Origin: Deltaproteobacteria bacterium
Lineage (GTDB): Bacteria; Myxococcota_A; UBA9160; UBA6930
DNA length: 64,000 nucleotides
Direction of reading: 5' to 3'
Assembly (NCBI GenBank): GCA_029261815.1
Contig: JAJDAQ010000054.1
Span: forward strand, 155 to 64,154
Under the pieces are notes generated by a model. That model saw only the letters and a program-made list of their open reading frames with translations, did not search any database and was not told where the DNA came from. Made by a program: the position numbers and the translations under genes. Each line of letters opens with the position of its first letter. Position 1 is the stretch's first letter. This document shows positions 17,520 through 26,765 of the stretch, piece after piece.

Positions 17520-19553
17520 TCAGCGCTCTCGACGCGGCAAGATGCTCGAGATCATCCAGCGATCGCCACCCTGATGGATCACGGTCGCCGTCATCTTCGA
17601 TCGTTGTTCTCCGCTTCGCATCAGGCAGCTCGGCCCGGAGAAACGCAGACGCTGATCGAAATGGACGTAGACCATGCCGGGCGTCGTCTCGACACCCACT
17701 TCGGCGACCTGCAGATCGACCTCATTCGCGCACTCGAACAAGTCCTTCATCGAGTCGCGTTGTTGCGGGTTCATTGCCCAGACGCCTTCGAGTCGGCCGA
17801 AGTCTCGGCCGGAATAGGCTTCCTGGTAACGCTGCAGGATGGCGCGTCCCGCTTCGCCGGGATCGTTCAGGTCCGTCTCCGTACCGACGACGATCACAGG
17901 CCGCTTCGTATCCTTCTGGGCCTTCCAATGCGCCACTTGCCGAGTGGCCTTCTTGCGCCACTCATCGTCCTTGCGCGAGTGGGGATTGTCGGTGGAGTAC
18001 GCGTCCAGGAACTGCTGCCAGATCCCGGCCTTCACGCTCGAGGGCAAACCGCGTCCCTCATGACTCTTTGCTTCCGCAAAGACCTCACCCATCTCCTTGT
18101 CCCGTTCTTCCCAATGCCGCAGTTCGAGCTGCACGATCTGTTGCCGGTCGAGGGCCGTCACACGTTCACCGTCGTCGGTGGTATTCCAGTGCGCCACTCG
18201 CTCGGCGGCCTTCCGGCGCATCACGTCATCGACGTCCGTTCCGAGGATGTCGTTGCTGAACGTGTCGATGAAGCGTTGCCACATGGACGCCTTCACCGCG
18301 GCCGGCAGATCCCGCGCCTCGGTCTTGCGGCCGTCGCTGAACGCGACCTCCATCCGCTCGACGCCTTGTTCGCGCCGCTGGCGCGAAGCGTCCAGCAGAT
18401 CCTCGATGTCGAAGTTCGGGTCCTCCCATGACGAGGCCTTTCCCTGCCAGTGCTTGACCCTGGCCAGCGCCTCCTTGCGCAGGGTGTCGTCTTCCTTCGT
18501 ATGCGGATTGTTCTGTTCGTAGAGATCGAGGAAGCGCTGCCAGGCGATCACCTTGAGGTCGGGCGGATTGTTCGCGGCCTCATAGCTACGGGCCTGGGCC
18601 GCTTGGTGCTTCATGTCCTCCAGGCGAGCGGTCCAACGTCGGCGTCCTTGCGCCGACAGATCATCGAGCTGCATCCCCGGAGCACTCACGACCCCACGGC
18701 GAAAATAGAACTCGCCAGTGACGGAGGTATCGAACGAAGGGCGTTGGTCTCCCGAAGTCGCGCGGCCAACGTCCTTCATGACGTCGAGGAAGACCTCGTG
18801 CAGTTCGAGGCCTGGCTCTGCCAGCGTCTTGAGCAGATGGGTCGTGTAGAGACCGTTCTTGCCGTCGCCGTCGGCGGCGACCGAACCCGGCGAAGTCGCG
18901 TAGGCCACCAGCGTACCGTGGGGAGCCGGCGTGGGCGCCAGGCCGTCGGAGGCCGTACTGCGCCAGAGGCTCCGAAACGGATTGTTCCGGCAGGCATCGA
19001 GAATGACGATGTTGAGCCGGTTGCGGGCCGACGCGAACTCGTCCAGCACGCGCCCGAGTTCCACCGCCTTGTAGCGGACGTCGTTCTTCGCCTTGATCTG
19101 CCGGTCCGCGGCGATCGGGATCAGGTAGTTGGTGTTCTCGACCTGGACGCCGTGCCCGGCATAGTAGAAGAGGCCGACGCCTCCCTTCTTGAGCTTCTTG
19201 CCGAACGCCCGGATCGCATTCTCCATGTCCTCCTGGTCGGCGTTCGTCGCGAGCACCACCTCGAAGTCCAGTTTGCGGAGAACTGCGGCGATGCTCTTGG
19301 CATCGTTGACCGGGTTCGCCAGCGGACTCGTCGCGTAGCGACCGTTGCCGATCACGAGTGCGACGCGCTGCTCATCCTCGGCGCCATCGGCGTCCGCGGT
19401 CACGCGCACACCCCGATCATCGCGATCGAGCCAGCTCTCGGCGTGGACCGCCCCGCTCGTCGTCCCCACCACGGGCGCCAGTGCGAGCACCAGCATGGTT
19501 GCCGCGATCCTCGGCAGCGCTCGGAGACATCGGCGAGGGTCCGGGACGTTCAT
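17520..19553 (-). CDS. secreted caspase-family (peptidase C14) protein with three internal repeats and a C-terminal NTF2/SnoaL-like region
   Basis: ORF 17520..19589(-). The start is ATG 19553 (MNVPDPRR...), followed by signal peptide IAATMLVLALAPVVGTTSGAVHA. The His/Cys dyad motifs are FYYAGHG and VILDACRNNP. Three repeats of about 66 aa end in WQ(R/Q)F(L/I)D...RK.A..(R/Q)V.HW. Confidence 0.85.
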   Translation of the reverse strand: MNVPDPRRCLRALPRIAATMLVLALAPVVGTTSGAVHAESWLDRDDRGVRVTADADGAEDEQRVALVIGNGRYATSPLANPVNDAKSIAAVLRKLDFEVVLATNADQEDMENAIRAFGKKLKKGGVGLFYYAGHGVQVENTNYLIPIAADRQIKAKNDVRYKAVELGRVLDEFASARNRLNIVILDACRNNPFRSLWRSTASDGLAPTPAPHGTLVAYATSPGSVAADGDGKNGLYTTHLLKTLAEPGLELHEVFLDVMKDVGRATSGDQRPSFDTSVTGEFYFRRGVVSAPGMQLDDLSAQGRRRWTARLEDMKHQAAQARSYEAANNPPDLKVIAWQRFLDLYEQNNPHTKEDDTLRKEALARVKHWQGKASSWEDPNFDIEDLLDASRQRREQGVERMEVAFSDGRKTEARDLPAAVKASMWQRFIDTFSNDILGTDVDDVMRRKAAERVAHWNTTDDGERVTALDRQQIVQLELRHWEERDKEMGEVFAEAKSHEGRGLPSSVKAGIWQQFLDAYSTDNPHSRKDDEWRKKATRQVAHWKAQKDTKRPVIVVGTETDLNDPGEAGRAILQRYQEAYSGRDFGRLEGVWAMNPQQRDSMKDLFECANEVDLQVAEVGVETTPGMVYVHFDQRLRFSGPSCLMRSGEQRSKMTATVIHQGGDRWMISSILPRRER

Positions 19554-19628
19554 GGCGTTCTTCCTGCGAGCCATTCTTGATCGGTCCAATGGCCGGGCTT
19601 CAGGATACCCAATCCTTCCCTGGGGGGA

Positions 19629-20324
19629 TCAAGGTTCAGCGCAGAGCGATGCCATCGGGAAGGAGAGTCCGGCGCCCTCGCCGGCGGCCAACGAAGGCCG
19701 GCCGTCGGGTGCGGGGCCGTACAGGAGATCGAAGCCCTCTCCCTCGCCCGGATCGAGGTTCACCTGCACATGGGGCGCCAGCGGCATGGGACGATCGAAG
19801 CGCAGGACGGCCTGCCCCGTTTCGGCGTCGTAGACCACGAGATCGTGCAGGATGGGCTGATCGTCCCAATGCAGCACGAAGCGGCCGTAGCGCCCCGCCG
19901 TGGTCTGGATGACACCGATGGCGCCCCCTTCGCGCGGGCCCGTCAGGCGAATCCCGCCGAGCGCCAGGGATTCGAAAGCGCGTTGGCTCAGCTCACCGTC
20001 CAGGGTCGAAACGAAGCGCCCGGGCGAGCGGATCACGTCTCCGACGTAGAGCGCGAGTTCGTCGTCGACCGCGGCACAGTCCGGTTTCTCGATGCTGCGG
20101 CTCCCGAAGCCCTCCACACCCCGCCCACTCGTCGTCCAGGCTTGTCCCCAGCGATCTTCGGTTTCATAGGTGACGTAGTCCGCGAAGCCTTCCAGCGCAC
20201 CTTCGCCGACTGCGCCGCCCAACTCCTTCGCGAAGTCGCCAGCTCCGGCGCAACCGAGTGCAGCGACGGCCAGGGCCGACGCCGCCACACGCGCCGCGTT
20301 TCGAAGAACTGCTCGTTGTGTCAT
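19629..20324 (-). CDS. probable lipoprotein, unknown family
   Basis: ORF 19629..20393(-). The start is ATG 20324, after AGGAGGAAGG, and overlaps the upstream stop (ATGA). The signal/lipobox is ALAVAALGC. Confidence 0.65.
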   Translation of the reverse strand: MTQRAVLRNAARVAASALAVAALGCAGAGDFAKELGGAVGEGALEGFADYVTYETEDRWGQAWTTSGRGVEGFGSRSIEKPDCAAVDDELALYVGDVIRSPGRFVSTLDGELSQRAFESLALGGIRLTGPREGGAIGVIQTTAGRYGRFVLHWDDQPILHDLVVYDAETGQAVLRFDRPMPLAPHVQVNLDPGEGEGFDLLYGPAPDGRPSLAAGEGAGLSFPMASLCAEP

Positions 20325-20869
20325 CGACCTTCCTCCTGCGCGTCCGACGGGGCCACGATTTCCACGTGGGTGTCGGCCGCTTTGATGAGCCACTCGCCAT
20401 CGGGCGTCTGGATCGCTTCTCCGGATCCAGCCGCGCTGAGGCGCGTCGCGCCGGCGAGCCGTTCCACCTGGCCTTGCGGCGCCCCGCGGCGCGATGCCAG
20501 CTGGGTATAGTCGGAGCGCCGTCCTGAATTGACCTCGTCGACCAGGGCGCGATCCGTCGGTGCGACTGATCGAGGCGTCACATCGAGATAGCCGTCGGCT
20601 CGCTCGCCCACCGCGCCCGCCTGCTTGGCGCGGGCGAGCCGCTGGGACAGCGTCGCGTCGACGCTGCGGGTCGACAACGCCGCCTCACCGCGTTCCGAAG
20701 CGAGGGTCTTCCCCAGGTCGCCCTCCAGGGTCACGCGCACTTCATGGTGGAGGTCGATCCGAATCTCGATCGGCTCCGTCGCGATCTTCACCGTCGGTCC
20801 CTGACACCCGCTCGATGCCAGGGACACCAGAGAAAGGCTCAGACACACCGATACCAGCGAGGGCTTCAT
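20321..20869 (-). CDS. fused YnbE-like / YdbL-like (DUF1318) lipoprotein
   Basis: ORF 20321..20977(-). The start is ATG 20869, overlapping the upstream stop (ATGA). The lipobox is SLASSGC. The N-part GCQGPTVKIATEPIEIRIDLHHEVRVTLEGDL resembles E. coli YnbE as I recall it (CTPRIEVAAPKEPITINMNVKIEHEI). The C-part AKQAGAVGERADGYL...VNSGRRSDYTQLA...QTPDGEWLIK fits the DUF1318/YdbL pattern. Confidence 0.65.
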   Translation of the reverse strand: MKPSLVSVCLSLSLVSLASSGCQGPTVKIATEPIEIRIDLHHEVRVTLEGDLGKTLASERGEAALSTRSVDATLSQRLARAKQAGAVGERADGYLDVTPRSVAPTDRALVDEVNSGRRSDYTQLASRRGAPQGQVERLAGATRLSAAGSGEAIQTPDGEWLIKAADTHVEIVAPSDAQEEGR

Positions 20870-22656
20870 CCGGAGGCCGCCTCGGCTTCGAGGTCGGCCG
20901 GCACTTCGTCGAAGAAGATCACGCCCGAGTCGTCGTTGCCTGACACCACGGCCGGTGGCTTTCCACGACGAATCCATGTGATGGTGTAGTCATAGTCGTC
21001 GGTGTCCAGAGGAAGCGTGATCTCGATTTCCTTACCGTCGATCTCGTCGTTCGTCCGCAAGGCGACCTCGCGACTCCGGCGTCCGTCGAAGAAGTCGTAC
21101 TCGACGAGGACCGAGACCGCGCGAACGTCCTGCTCCTTGAGTAGCTCCGCATTGCCGACCAGCTCGACGGTGCTTCGTCGGTAGGGTGCAAAGAGATCGA
21201 TCATGTTGGTTTCGGTCGTCGTCCAGTCCGTCTCGAGCAGCCCGCCGCCCTTGAAGCTCCAGCGCGTCCGATAGTCGTACTGGAGCCACGCGTCGCGGTC
21301 GGCGTCGCCGTTCCAGCCGTAGATCATCCGGAAATCACGGCTCTCCTGATTGAAGGTGTTTCGGTCAACGACCACTTCCTCGAGCGTTTGCGCGCCGTTC
21401 TCGTGGCGCTTGCGCATCGTCACCGTCACGCTGTTGATGTACTTGTCAAACTCGGGAAGGATCGCGCCGTCGATCCCCACGTGGACCTCGCGCTGTTGAT
21501 AGGCAGGGCTCCCGATATTGACCGTGCGAAACCGGTTGCCATCCTCGCCATAGCGACGGTAGAGATCCCCGATGTTGGCGACCATTGTGACATAACGATC
21601 AGCGGGCTCCTGGTGGTTCAGGCTCATCGTGGTCGTGCCCGACTTCTTCAGTTCCTTCTTCTCGTAGTGAAAGGAAGCGCCGAGGTACATCGCGGAACCT
21701 CGCGCATCCCCGGTGGCGGCCTGCTTGACGAGCGGGTTGCCACTGGCCGCCATCACGCCCGCGATCATGCCCAGCCCTGCGTCGCTCGGCCCCTGCTTCG
21801 GCTTCGGCGGCGGCACCTTCTTGAACATCAGGTCCAGGATCTTCGTCATCGCCTTGTCGAGCAGCGCCTCGCTGCTGTCGTTGGCGCCACGGGTGACCAA
21901 CTGGATGGCGTTGTTCTTGCGCAGCTCGTCGAGCGTCTTGCTCACGTCCGCGTTGATCATCCCGGACAACGCCGAAACGCCACCACCCATCGTCTCGTGT
22001 TTCTGCACCTCGTCCCAGTTGACGATCAGATCTGCTTGATAGGCGTCCGTCAGGCCTGTGAAGGTCATCTCGAACATGATCGAGACGTCGGGCGTCGTCA
22101 TCTTGAAGCTCTCCAGCAGGAGCTTCGAAGACTGGGGATCGATGTCGAACGAGAACGCGACCTCGTTCCCTTCGAAGACCGGCGCGTTGCCCGTCGCTAG
22201 GACGCGGCGCCCGTCCTCTCCCTCGTCAGCCAGGACCGACGAGACCAGGACATAGCGGCCTTCTGTGAAGATGACAGGGCCCCGCAGGATCGCTTCTTCG
22301 TTCTCTGACGCCTGCTTGATTGCCCGCTGGGCCTTCTTGACGACCTCGGGGGGCGTGTCGTAGGTCGCCATCAGTGTGACGATGCCACCGCCCTCTGCGT
22401 CCGTGATCCCCTTGGTCGAGCCCGCGTCGCTAGGCGCATTCTTGACATAGCGGAGAAAGGAGAAGACCGGCTCGCCATTCTCGTCCTGAGCCAGCCGGGC
22501 GCTCTGCGGAATGTAGTACCAGGCATTGGGATCCGAGGCCGATGGGAACACCCAGAGATTCTCGACGTACGCACCACCTTCGAGACTGACCTGCTGCGCT
22601 TGCAAAGGAGCCGCGACCAGCAGCATGGCGACGAGCAACCAGGGGATTCTCTGCAT
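20866..22656 (-). CDS. secreted protein, YYxP-module paralog A (unrecognised family)
   Basis: ORF 20866..22656(-). The signal peptide is MQRIPWLLVAMLLVAAPLQA. N-module: WVFPSASDPNAWYYIPQ, FSFLRYV, GGGIV, GPVIFTEGRY, ATGNAPVFEG. C-module: FRTVNIG..QQREVHVGIDG, YINSVTVTMRKRH, FRMIYGWNGDADRDAWLQYDYRTRWSFKGGG. Ends in an acidic tail. Alignable end to end with paralog B. Confidence 0.85.
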   Translation of the reverse strand: MQRIPWLLVAMLLVAAPLQAQQVSLEGGAYVENLWVFPSASDPNAWYYIPQSARLAQDENGEPVFSFLRYVKNAPSDAGSTKGITDAEGGGIVTLMATYDTPPEVVKKAQRAIKQASENEEAILRGPVIFTEGRYVLVSSVLADEGEDGRRVLATGNAPVFEGNEVAFSFDIDPQSSKLLLESFKMTTPDVSIMFEMTFTGLTDAYQADLIVNWDEVQKHETMGGGVSALSGMINADVSKTLDELRKNNAIQLVTRGANDSSEALLDKAMTKILDLMFKKVPPPKPKQGPSDAGLGMIAGVMAASGNPLVKQAATGDARGSAMYLGASFHYEKKELKKSGTTTMSLNHQEPADRYVTMVANIGDLYRRYGEDGNRFRTVNIGSPAYQQREVHVGIDGAILPEFDKYINSVTVTMRKRHENGAQTLEEVVVDRNTFNQESRDFRMIYGWNGDADRDAWLQYDYRTRWSFKGGGLLETDWTTTETNMIDLFAPYRRSTVELVGNAELLKEQDVRAVSVLVEYDFFDGRRSREVALRTNDEIDGKEIEITLPLDTDDYDYTITWIRRGKPPAVVSGNDDSGVIFFDEVPADLEAEAASG

Positions 22657-24461
22657 CAGTTCTTCCCCAACGTGGCGCCAGCCACTTCTTCGCTCGGGGC
22701 CGGCTCCGGAAGCTCGTCGATGAAGATGATGCCGGTGCTGTCGTCGCCCTCTTCAATGACCTTGCCGCCGCGGGAGACGATCCAGGTGATCTTGTAGTGA
22801 TAGGCGTTGGTGTCGTGTGGCAGGGTCAGCTCGAGGGTCTGGTCCTCGATCGGTCGGTCGGCTCGGATTCGTAGCTTGTCGGTCTTTCTGCCCTCGAAGA
22901 ATGGATAGTCGACCTCGACCAGGACGGCGCGAACGCCCTGCTCTACCAAGGCTTCGTGATCGCCGTAGACCTTGACCACCTTTCGATGATATGGCGCATA
23001 CAGATCGATCATGTTCGCTTCGGCGAGCGTCCAGCCGGTTTCGTACTTGCCGCCTCCCTTGAAACTCCAACGCGTCCGGAAGTCGTACTGGAGCCAGGCA
23101 TCGCGGTCGTCGTCGCCCGACCAGCCGTAGATCATGCGGAAGTCGTTGCCCGCCGATTCCTTGAAGGTCTGGTGGTCAACGACCACTTCGCGGACCGTGA
23201 CGTTGCCATCCTGGTGCTGTTTACGGAGCACCGTCGTCACACTGTTGATGTAGGCCTCGAACTCCGGAAGGATCGCGCCGTCGATCCCGACGTGAATCTC
23301 ACGCTGCTTGAAGGCGTCGTCCGCGAGGTTGACGGTCTTGAAGATGTTCGGATCGTCCCCGTATTCCTCCCAGAGATTCCCGACGTTGAACCCGATCGTC
23401 GAAACGCGCGTTACCGAAGACATATGGTTCATGCTGAGCACCGTCTCGCCGCTGGAACGCGTCTCCTTCATCTTGTATCCGGCGCTCACACCCATTCCGG
23501 TGATCGGTTTGCGACCGTAGGCGTCGGTCTTCTTGTCTTTGCCGAAGTTCTGGATGGCGCCGAAGGCGCTGTTGTCACTCTCGTCGCTGCTCTGGTCGAT
23601 CGGGATCGGTTCGAACATCAGCTCGAGGAGCTGGTTGTGGACCTTGTCCAGCAACGCCTCCATGTTGTCGTTCGCACCGCGCGTCTTGAGCTCGACCGAC
23701 TTGTTCTGCATGAGCTCGTCGAACATCATGCCCATATCGCCGCTGAGGCCCGCGTAATAGACGTTGACCTCGGCCTTGACGCCCATCCGCTTGCTCTTGT
23801 GCACGTCGTCCCAGCGAATGATCAGGTCCGCCTCGAACGCATCGGTGACGCCTTCCACGGTCATCTCGAAGATGAGCGAGATATCGGGCGTCGCCATCTT
23901 CAGGCTCTCCATCAGGAGCGTGGCGCGGTCGGGTGGAAGGTCGAATGACAGCGCGATCTGGCTGCCCTCGAGCACGGGCGCGTTGCCGGTCGCAAGGAGA
24001 TGCCCCTCTTCCTCCCCCGTCTCGGTATTCACGATCGACGAGATCAATGCGTAGCGGCCCTCCTTGAAGATCACGGGGCCCATGAGCTTCAGGTCCTCGT
24101 TCTCCGGATCGAGCCTTCGGACAGCCCGCTCGGCCCGCTTTCGCACCTCCTCGGGTACCCCGTACGTGACCAGGAAGTGGAGGATCCCGCCACCTTCCGC
24201 TTCGGTGATGCCCTGACTCGTCGCGCCTTCGCTTGGCTTGTTGATCACATAACGAAGGAACGAGAACTGGGGATCCCCGTTGTCGTCCGGCACGATCCAG
24301 GAGTCGTTCGGAAGGTAGTAGTAGTGGTTCGGATTGGCGGCGGCCGGAAAGACCCAAAGGCCTTCGATCCGAGCTCCCCGGTCGAGCATGATCTGCTGTG
24401 CAGACAACCCGGCCGGGGCGAACACCCATAGGAACAGGGTCGCGAGAATCGTGAAACGCAT
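22656..24461 (-). CDS. secreted protein, YYxP-module paralog B
   Basis: ORF 22656..24497(-). The start is ATG 24461 (MRFTILATLFLWVFAPAGLSA signal peptide). Shares the motifs of A: WVFPAAANPNHYYYLPN, FSFLRYV, GGGILHFLV, GPVIFKEGRY, ATGNAPVLEG, FKTVNL..KQREIHVGIDG, FRMIYGWSGDDDRDAWLQYDFRTRWSFKGGG. Confidence 0.85.
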   Translation of the reverse strand: MRFTILATLFLWVFAPAGLSAQQIMLDRGARIEGLWVFPAAANPNHYYYLPNDSWIVPDDNGDPQFSFLRYVINKPSEGATSQGITEAEGGGILHFLVTYGVPEEVRKRAERAVRRLDPENEDLKLMGPVIFKEGRYALISSIVNTETGEEEGHLLATGNAPVLEGSQIALSFDLPPDRATLLMESLKMATPDISLIFEMTVEGVTDAFEADLIIRWDDVHKSKRMGVKAEVNVYYAGLSGDMGMMFDELMQNKSVELKTRGANDNMEALLDKVHNQLLELMFEPIPIDQSSDESDNSAFGAIQNFGKDKKTDAYGRKPITGMGVSAGYKMKETRSSGETVLSMNHMSSVTRVSTIGFNVGNLWEEYGDDPNIFKTVNLADDAFKQREIHVGIDGAILPEFEAYINSVTTVLRKQHQDGNVTVREVVVDHQTFKESAGNDFRMIYGWSGDDDRDAWLQYDFRTRWSFKGGGKYETGWTLAEANMIDLYAPYHRKVVKVYGDHEALVEQGVRAVLVEVDYPFFEGRKTDKLRIRADRPIEDQTLELTLPHDTNAYHYKITWIVSRGGKVIEEGDDSTGIIFIDELPEPAPSEEVAGATLGKN

Positions 24462-24512
24462 GAATCTGTCACCACCACGGTGTCCCTGCGGCTGCACAGG
24501 AGCACCGGAACA

Positions 24513-26765
24513 TCAGTCCGCCGTAGCGAAGAGCTCCTTGAACTTGTCGAGCACCTTTTCTGCGCCGATCTTGCCCAGCTTGCGAGCCGCTGCCTTCGCC
24601 TGCTCGCGCGGATCACCGGCCACCAGGATATCCTCGGGGAGCGCCGCGTAGACGTAGCGATCGCCAACCCGCGTGGTCCAATCAGTGACCATCCGCCCCT
24701 CGGTCTTGTGGTGGGCGATGAGCCGATACGCGAAGCCTCGGGTTCCGCGATCGACGTAGATCTTCTGACCGACCAGGTCCTCACCTGCCCGCGGCGACAA
24801 GGGGATTACGGTGAATTCTTCCTGTCCGAATAGCGGGTAGTGGAGTTCGACCGTGATCCGGGCGATGTCGCTGTCCGTCATCTGGGCGAGGTCGCCTTCC
24901 ACCTCGACGTACCACTCCTCGATCGGCGGTGAGAGGGTCACCCCCTCGTAAGTGCCTTTGATCCAGCGGGGCCGAGCTGGGAAGAGGTTCCCACCGCGAA
25001 TGCTCCACTGGGTCTGGTACTGGTACATCTCCGGGTTCCGGTCGTCGCCTTGCGCATAGGTCAGCGACGCCATGATCCCGCGGTTGGCCAGGTGATCCGC
25101 ATCGATCGTGACCGCGTCGGTGAAGTCATTGCCCTTGTTGCGTCGCTTCTTCACCTGGACGGTCACGTAGTTGACCATCTCGTCGAACATGTCCTTCGCA
25201 TCGAGGTCCAGGATGAAGCGAAGCTCCCGTTGTTTGAAGAACGGATCGCTCAGGTTCACCGACTGGATACAGCAGGCTTTCCCGCGCACGCTGTTGTACC
25301 AGCTGGCCATGTTGCCCACGACCTGGAAGCGACGCTTGACGGCGAGGCCGGCATCGAGTCGGATCACCTGCTTCTTGGTCGCGTACTTCTCCGACCAGGC
25401 GCTGCGATCGATCGTGTAGTTGACGGTGCCACGTCGACCGAGTTGCTCGGGACGGTTGTCCTCGCCCCCCTCATCTTCGTCGTCACCCCCCATCAGCATC
25501 GAGACGTCTTCGGCCGGCTTCATCATGGAGTTCAGGAAGTACTCCATCATGGCGTCCATGATCTTGGCCGTGTACTCCGAATCCGGGTTGTATCCCTCGA
25601 AGACGAACTCGACCACGCTGTTCTCGACCATGTAGTCGAAGAACGCCTGCGTCTCTTCCTCGCTGACAACGAGTTCGTTGTCGTCGGCGTCCCACTTGCC
25701 GTGCTCGTCGTTCGTGCTCTCGAAGTTGGCCGAGTACTCCTCGGCCGTGATCTGCAGACGGTCCCAGTTGAAGATGATCTCGCCCTTGGCTGCGGGCAGT
25801 TGCACGTTGTATTTGAAGTCGAGCTCCACCGAGAGGTCGGCGATGGACGCGCCCTGCTCCAGGGACGCCAGGAACAGGGCGGCGCCCTTCGCGGTCATGT
25901 TGGCCGCGGCTGCGACCTTTCCGCCGGGCATCGTTGGCGCGTGCCCAGACTGAACCATCGAACGGGTAAAGCCTTCATCGGACAGCGTGGCCGAGATGAT
26001 CCGGAACGAACCCTCATCCTCATCGGCCTCCGAGAGTTCAGCGGCACCAACGAGCACGCCATCGAACGTGCCTTCGGAGTTCGTGACCTTGCAGCTCTTC
26101 TTCACCTGGCGCCGCAGGTCGCGCTCCTGCGCCTGGGTGAGGCGCCACTCCATCAAGAAGTGGAGCAAACCGCCCTGCACACCGCCCTCTTCCTCGCTCT
26201 CGTCCGAGGTGTACTTCACGAACAGGAATTCGGGGTTCCCGTCCTTGCGCTTGGAGAGGCGAAGGCTGTTTCCGGGCGGCAGGTAATAGAAGCACGGTGT
26301 CTTCTTGTGCTCGCGGAAGTCCTTGGCGCCCTGGCTCGTGTACTGCTGGCGAGCTGAAGCTGCCGAATCGCGAAGGGAGCTGCCCATCGCCGCCGACTTC
26401 GTCTCGCCGCTCTCTGTGCCGCCGCTCCGCGTCGCGACCCCACCCTCGAGCGCATCGAGGAACCCCTTCTGGCGATAACCCGAGAGCGCCGACAGCCGAG
26501 GCGTCTCGTCGTCTTCCACGCCTCGTTGCGAGACACAGCTGGTGGTTCCACCGCCAAGCTTGCTCTTGAACTCGCCGTACAGCACGACGTCGGTTCCATC
26601 TCGCAGCTTGACCGTGCACTGATTCGCACCGTCCAGGATCACTGCCGCGGCCGGTGCGGCCGGCAGTGCCAGCAGCAGCCCAAGCACACAGAGAAGCGCT
26701 CGTCGCGCCGAGCTTCGGGAGTCACGGGTCATCGTTCTGCCTTTCATGTCGTCGGTCGTATTCAC
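24513..26765 (-). CDS. secreted protein, YYxP-module paralog C (divergent, longer)
   Basis: ORF 24513..26765(-). The signal peptide is ALLCVLGLLLALPAAPAAA. Motifs: CFYYLPPGNSLRL, EFLFVKY, GGLLHFLM, SGHAPTMPGG, SVNLSDPFFKQRELRFILD, VNYVTVQVKKRR, QYQTQWSIRGG. The start is GTG 26765 (GTGA overlap with the D stop) or ATG 26747/26732. Confidence 0.8.
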   Translation of the reverse strand: MNTTDDMKGRTMTRDSRSSARRALLCVLGLLLALPAAPAAAVILDGANQCTVKLRDGTDVVLYGEFKSKLGGGTTSCVSQRGVEDDETPRLSALSGYRQKGFLDALEGGVATRSGGTESGETKSAAMGSSLRDSAASARQQYTSQGAKDFREHKKTPCFYYLPPGNSLRLSKRKDGNPEFLFVKYTSDESEEEGGVQGGLLHFLMEWRLTQAQERDLRRQVKKSCKVTNSEGTFDGVLVGAAELSEADEDEGSFRIISATLSDEGFTRSMVQSGHAPTMPGGKVAAAANMTAKGAALFLASLEQGASIADLSVELDFKYNVQLPAAKGEIIFNWDRLQITAEEYSANFESTNDEHGKWDADDNELVVSEEETQAFFDYMVENSVVEFVFEGYNPDSEYTAKIMDAMMEYFLNSMMKPAEDVSMLMGGDDEDEGGEDNRPEQLGRRGTVNYTIDRSAWSEKYATKKQVIRLDAGLAVKRRFQVVGNMASWYNSVRGKACCIQSVNLSDPFFKQRELRFILDLDAKDMFDEMVNYVTVQVKKRRNKGNDFTDAVTIDADHLANRGIMASLTYAQGDDRNPEMYQYQTQWSIRGGNLFPARPRWIKGTYEGVTLSPPIEEWYVEVEGDLAQMTDSDIARITVELHYPLFGQEEFTVIPLSPRAGEDLVGQKIYVDRGTRGFAYRLIAHHKTEGRMVTDWTTRVGDRYVYAALPEDILVAGDPREQAKAAARKLGKIGAEKVLDKFKELFATAD

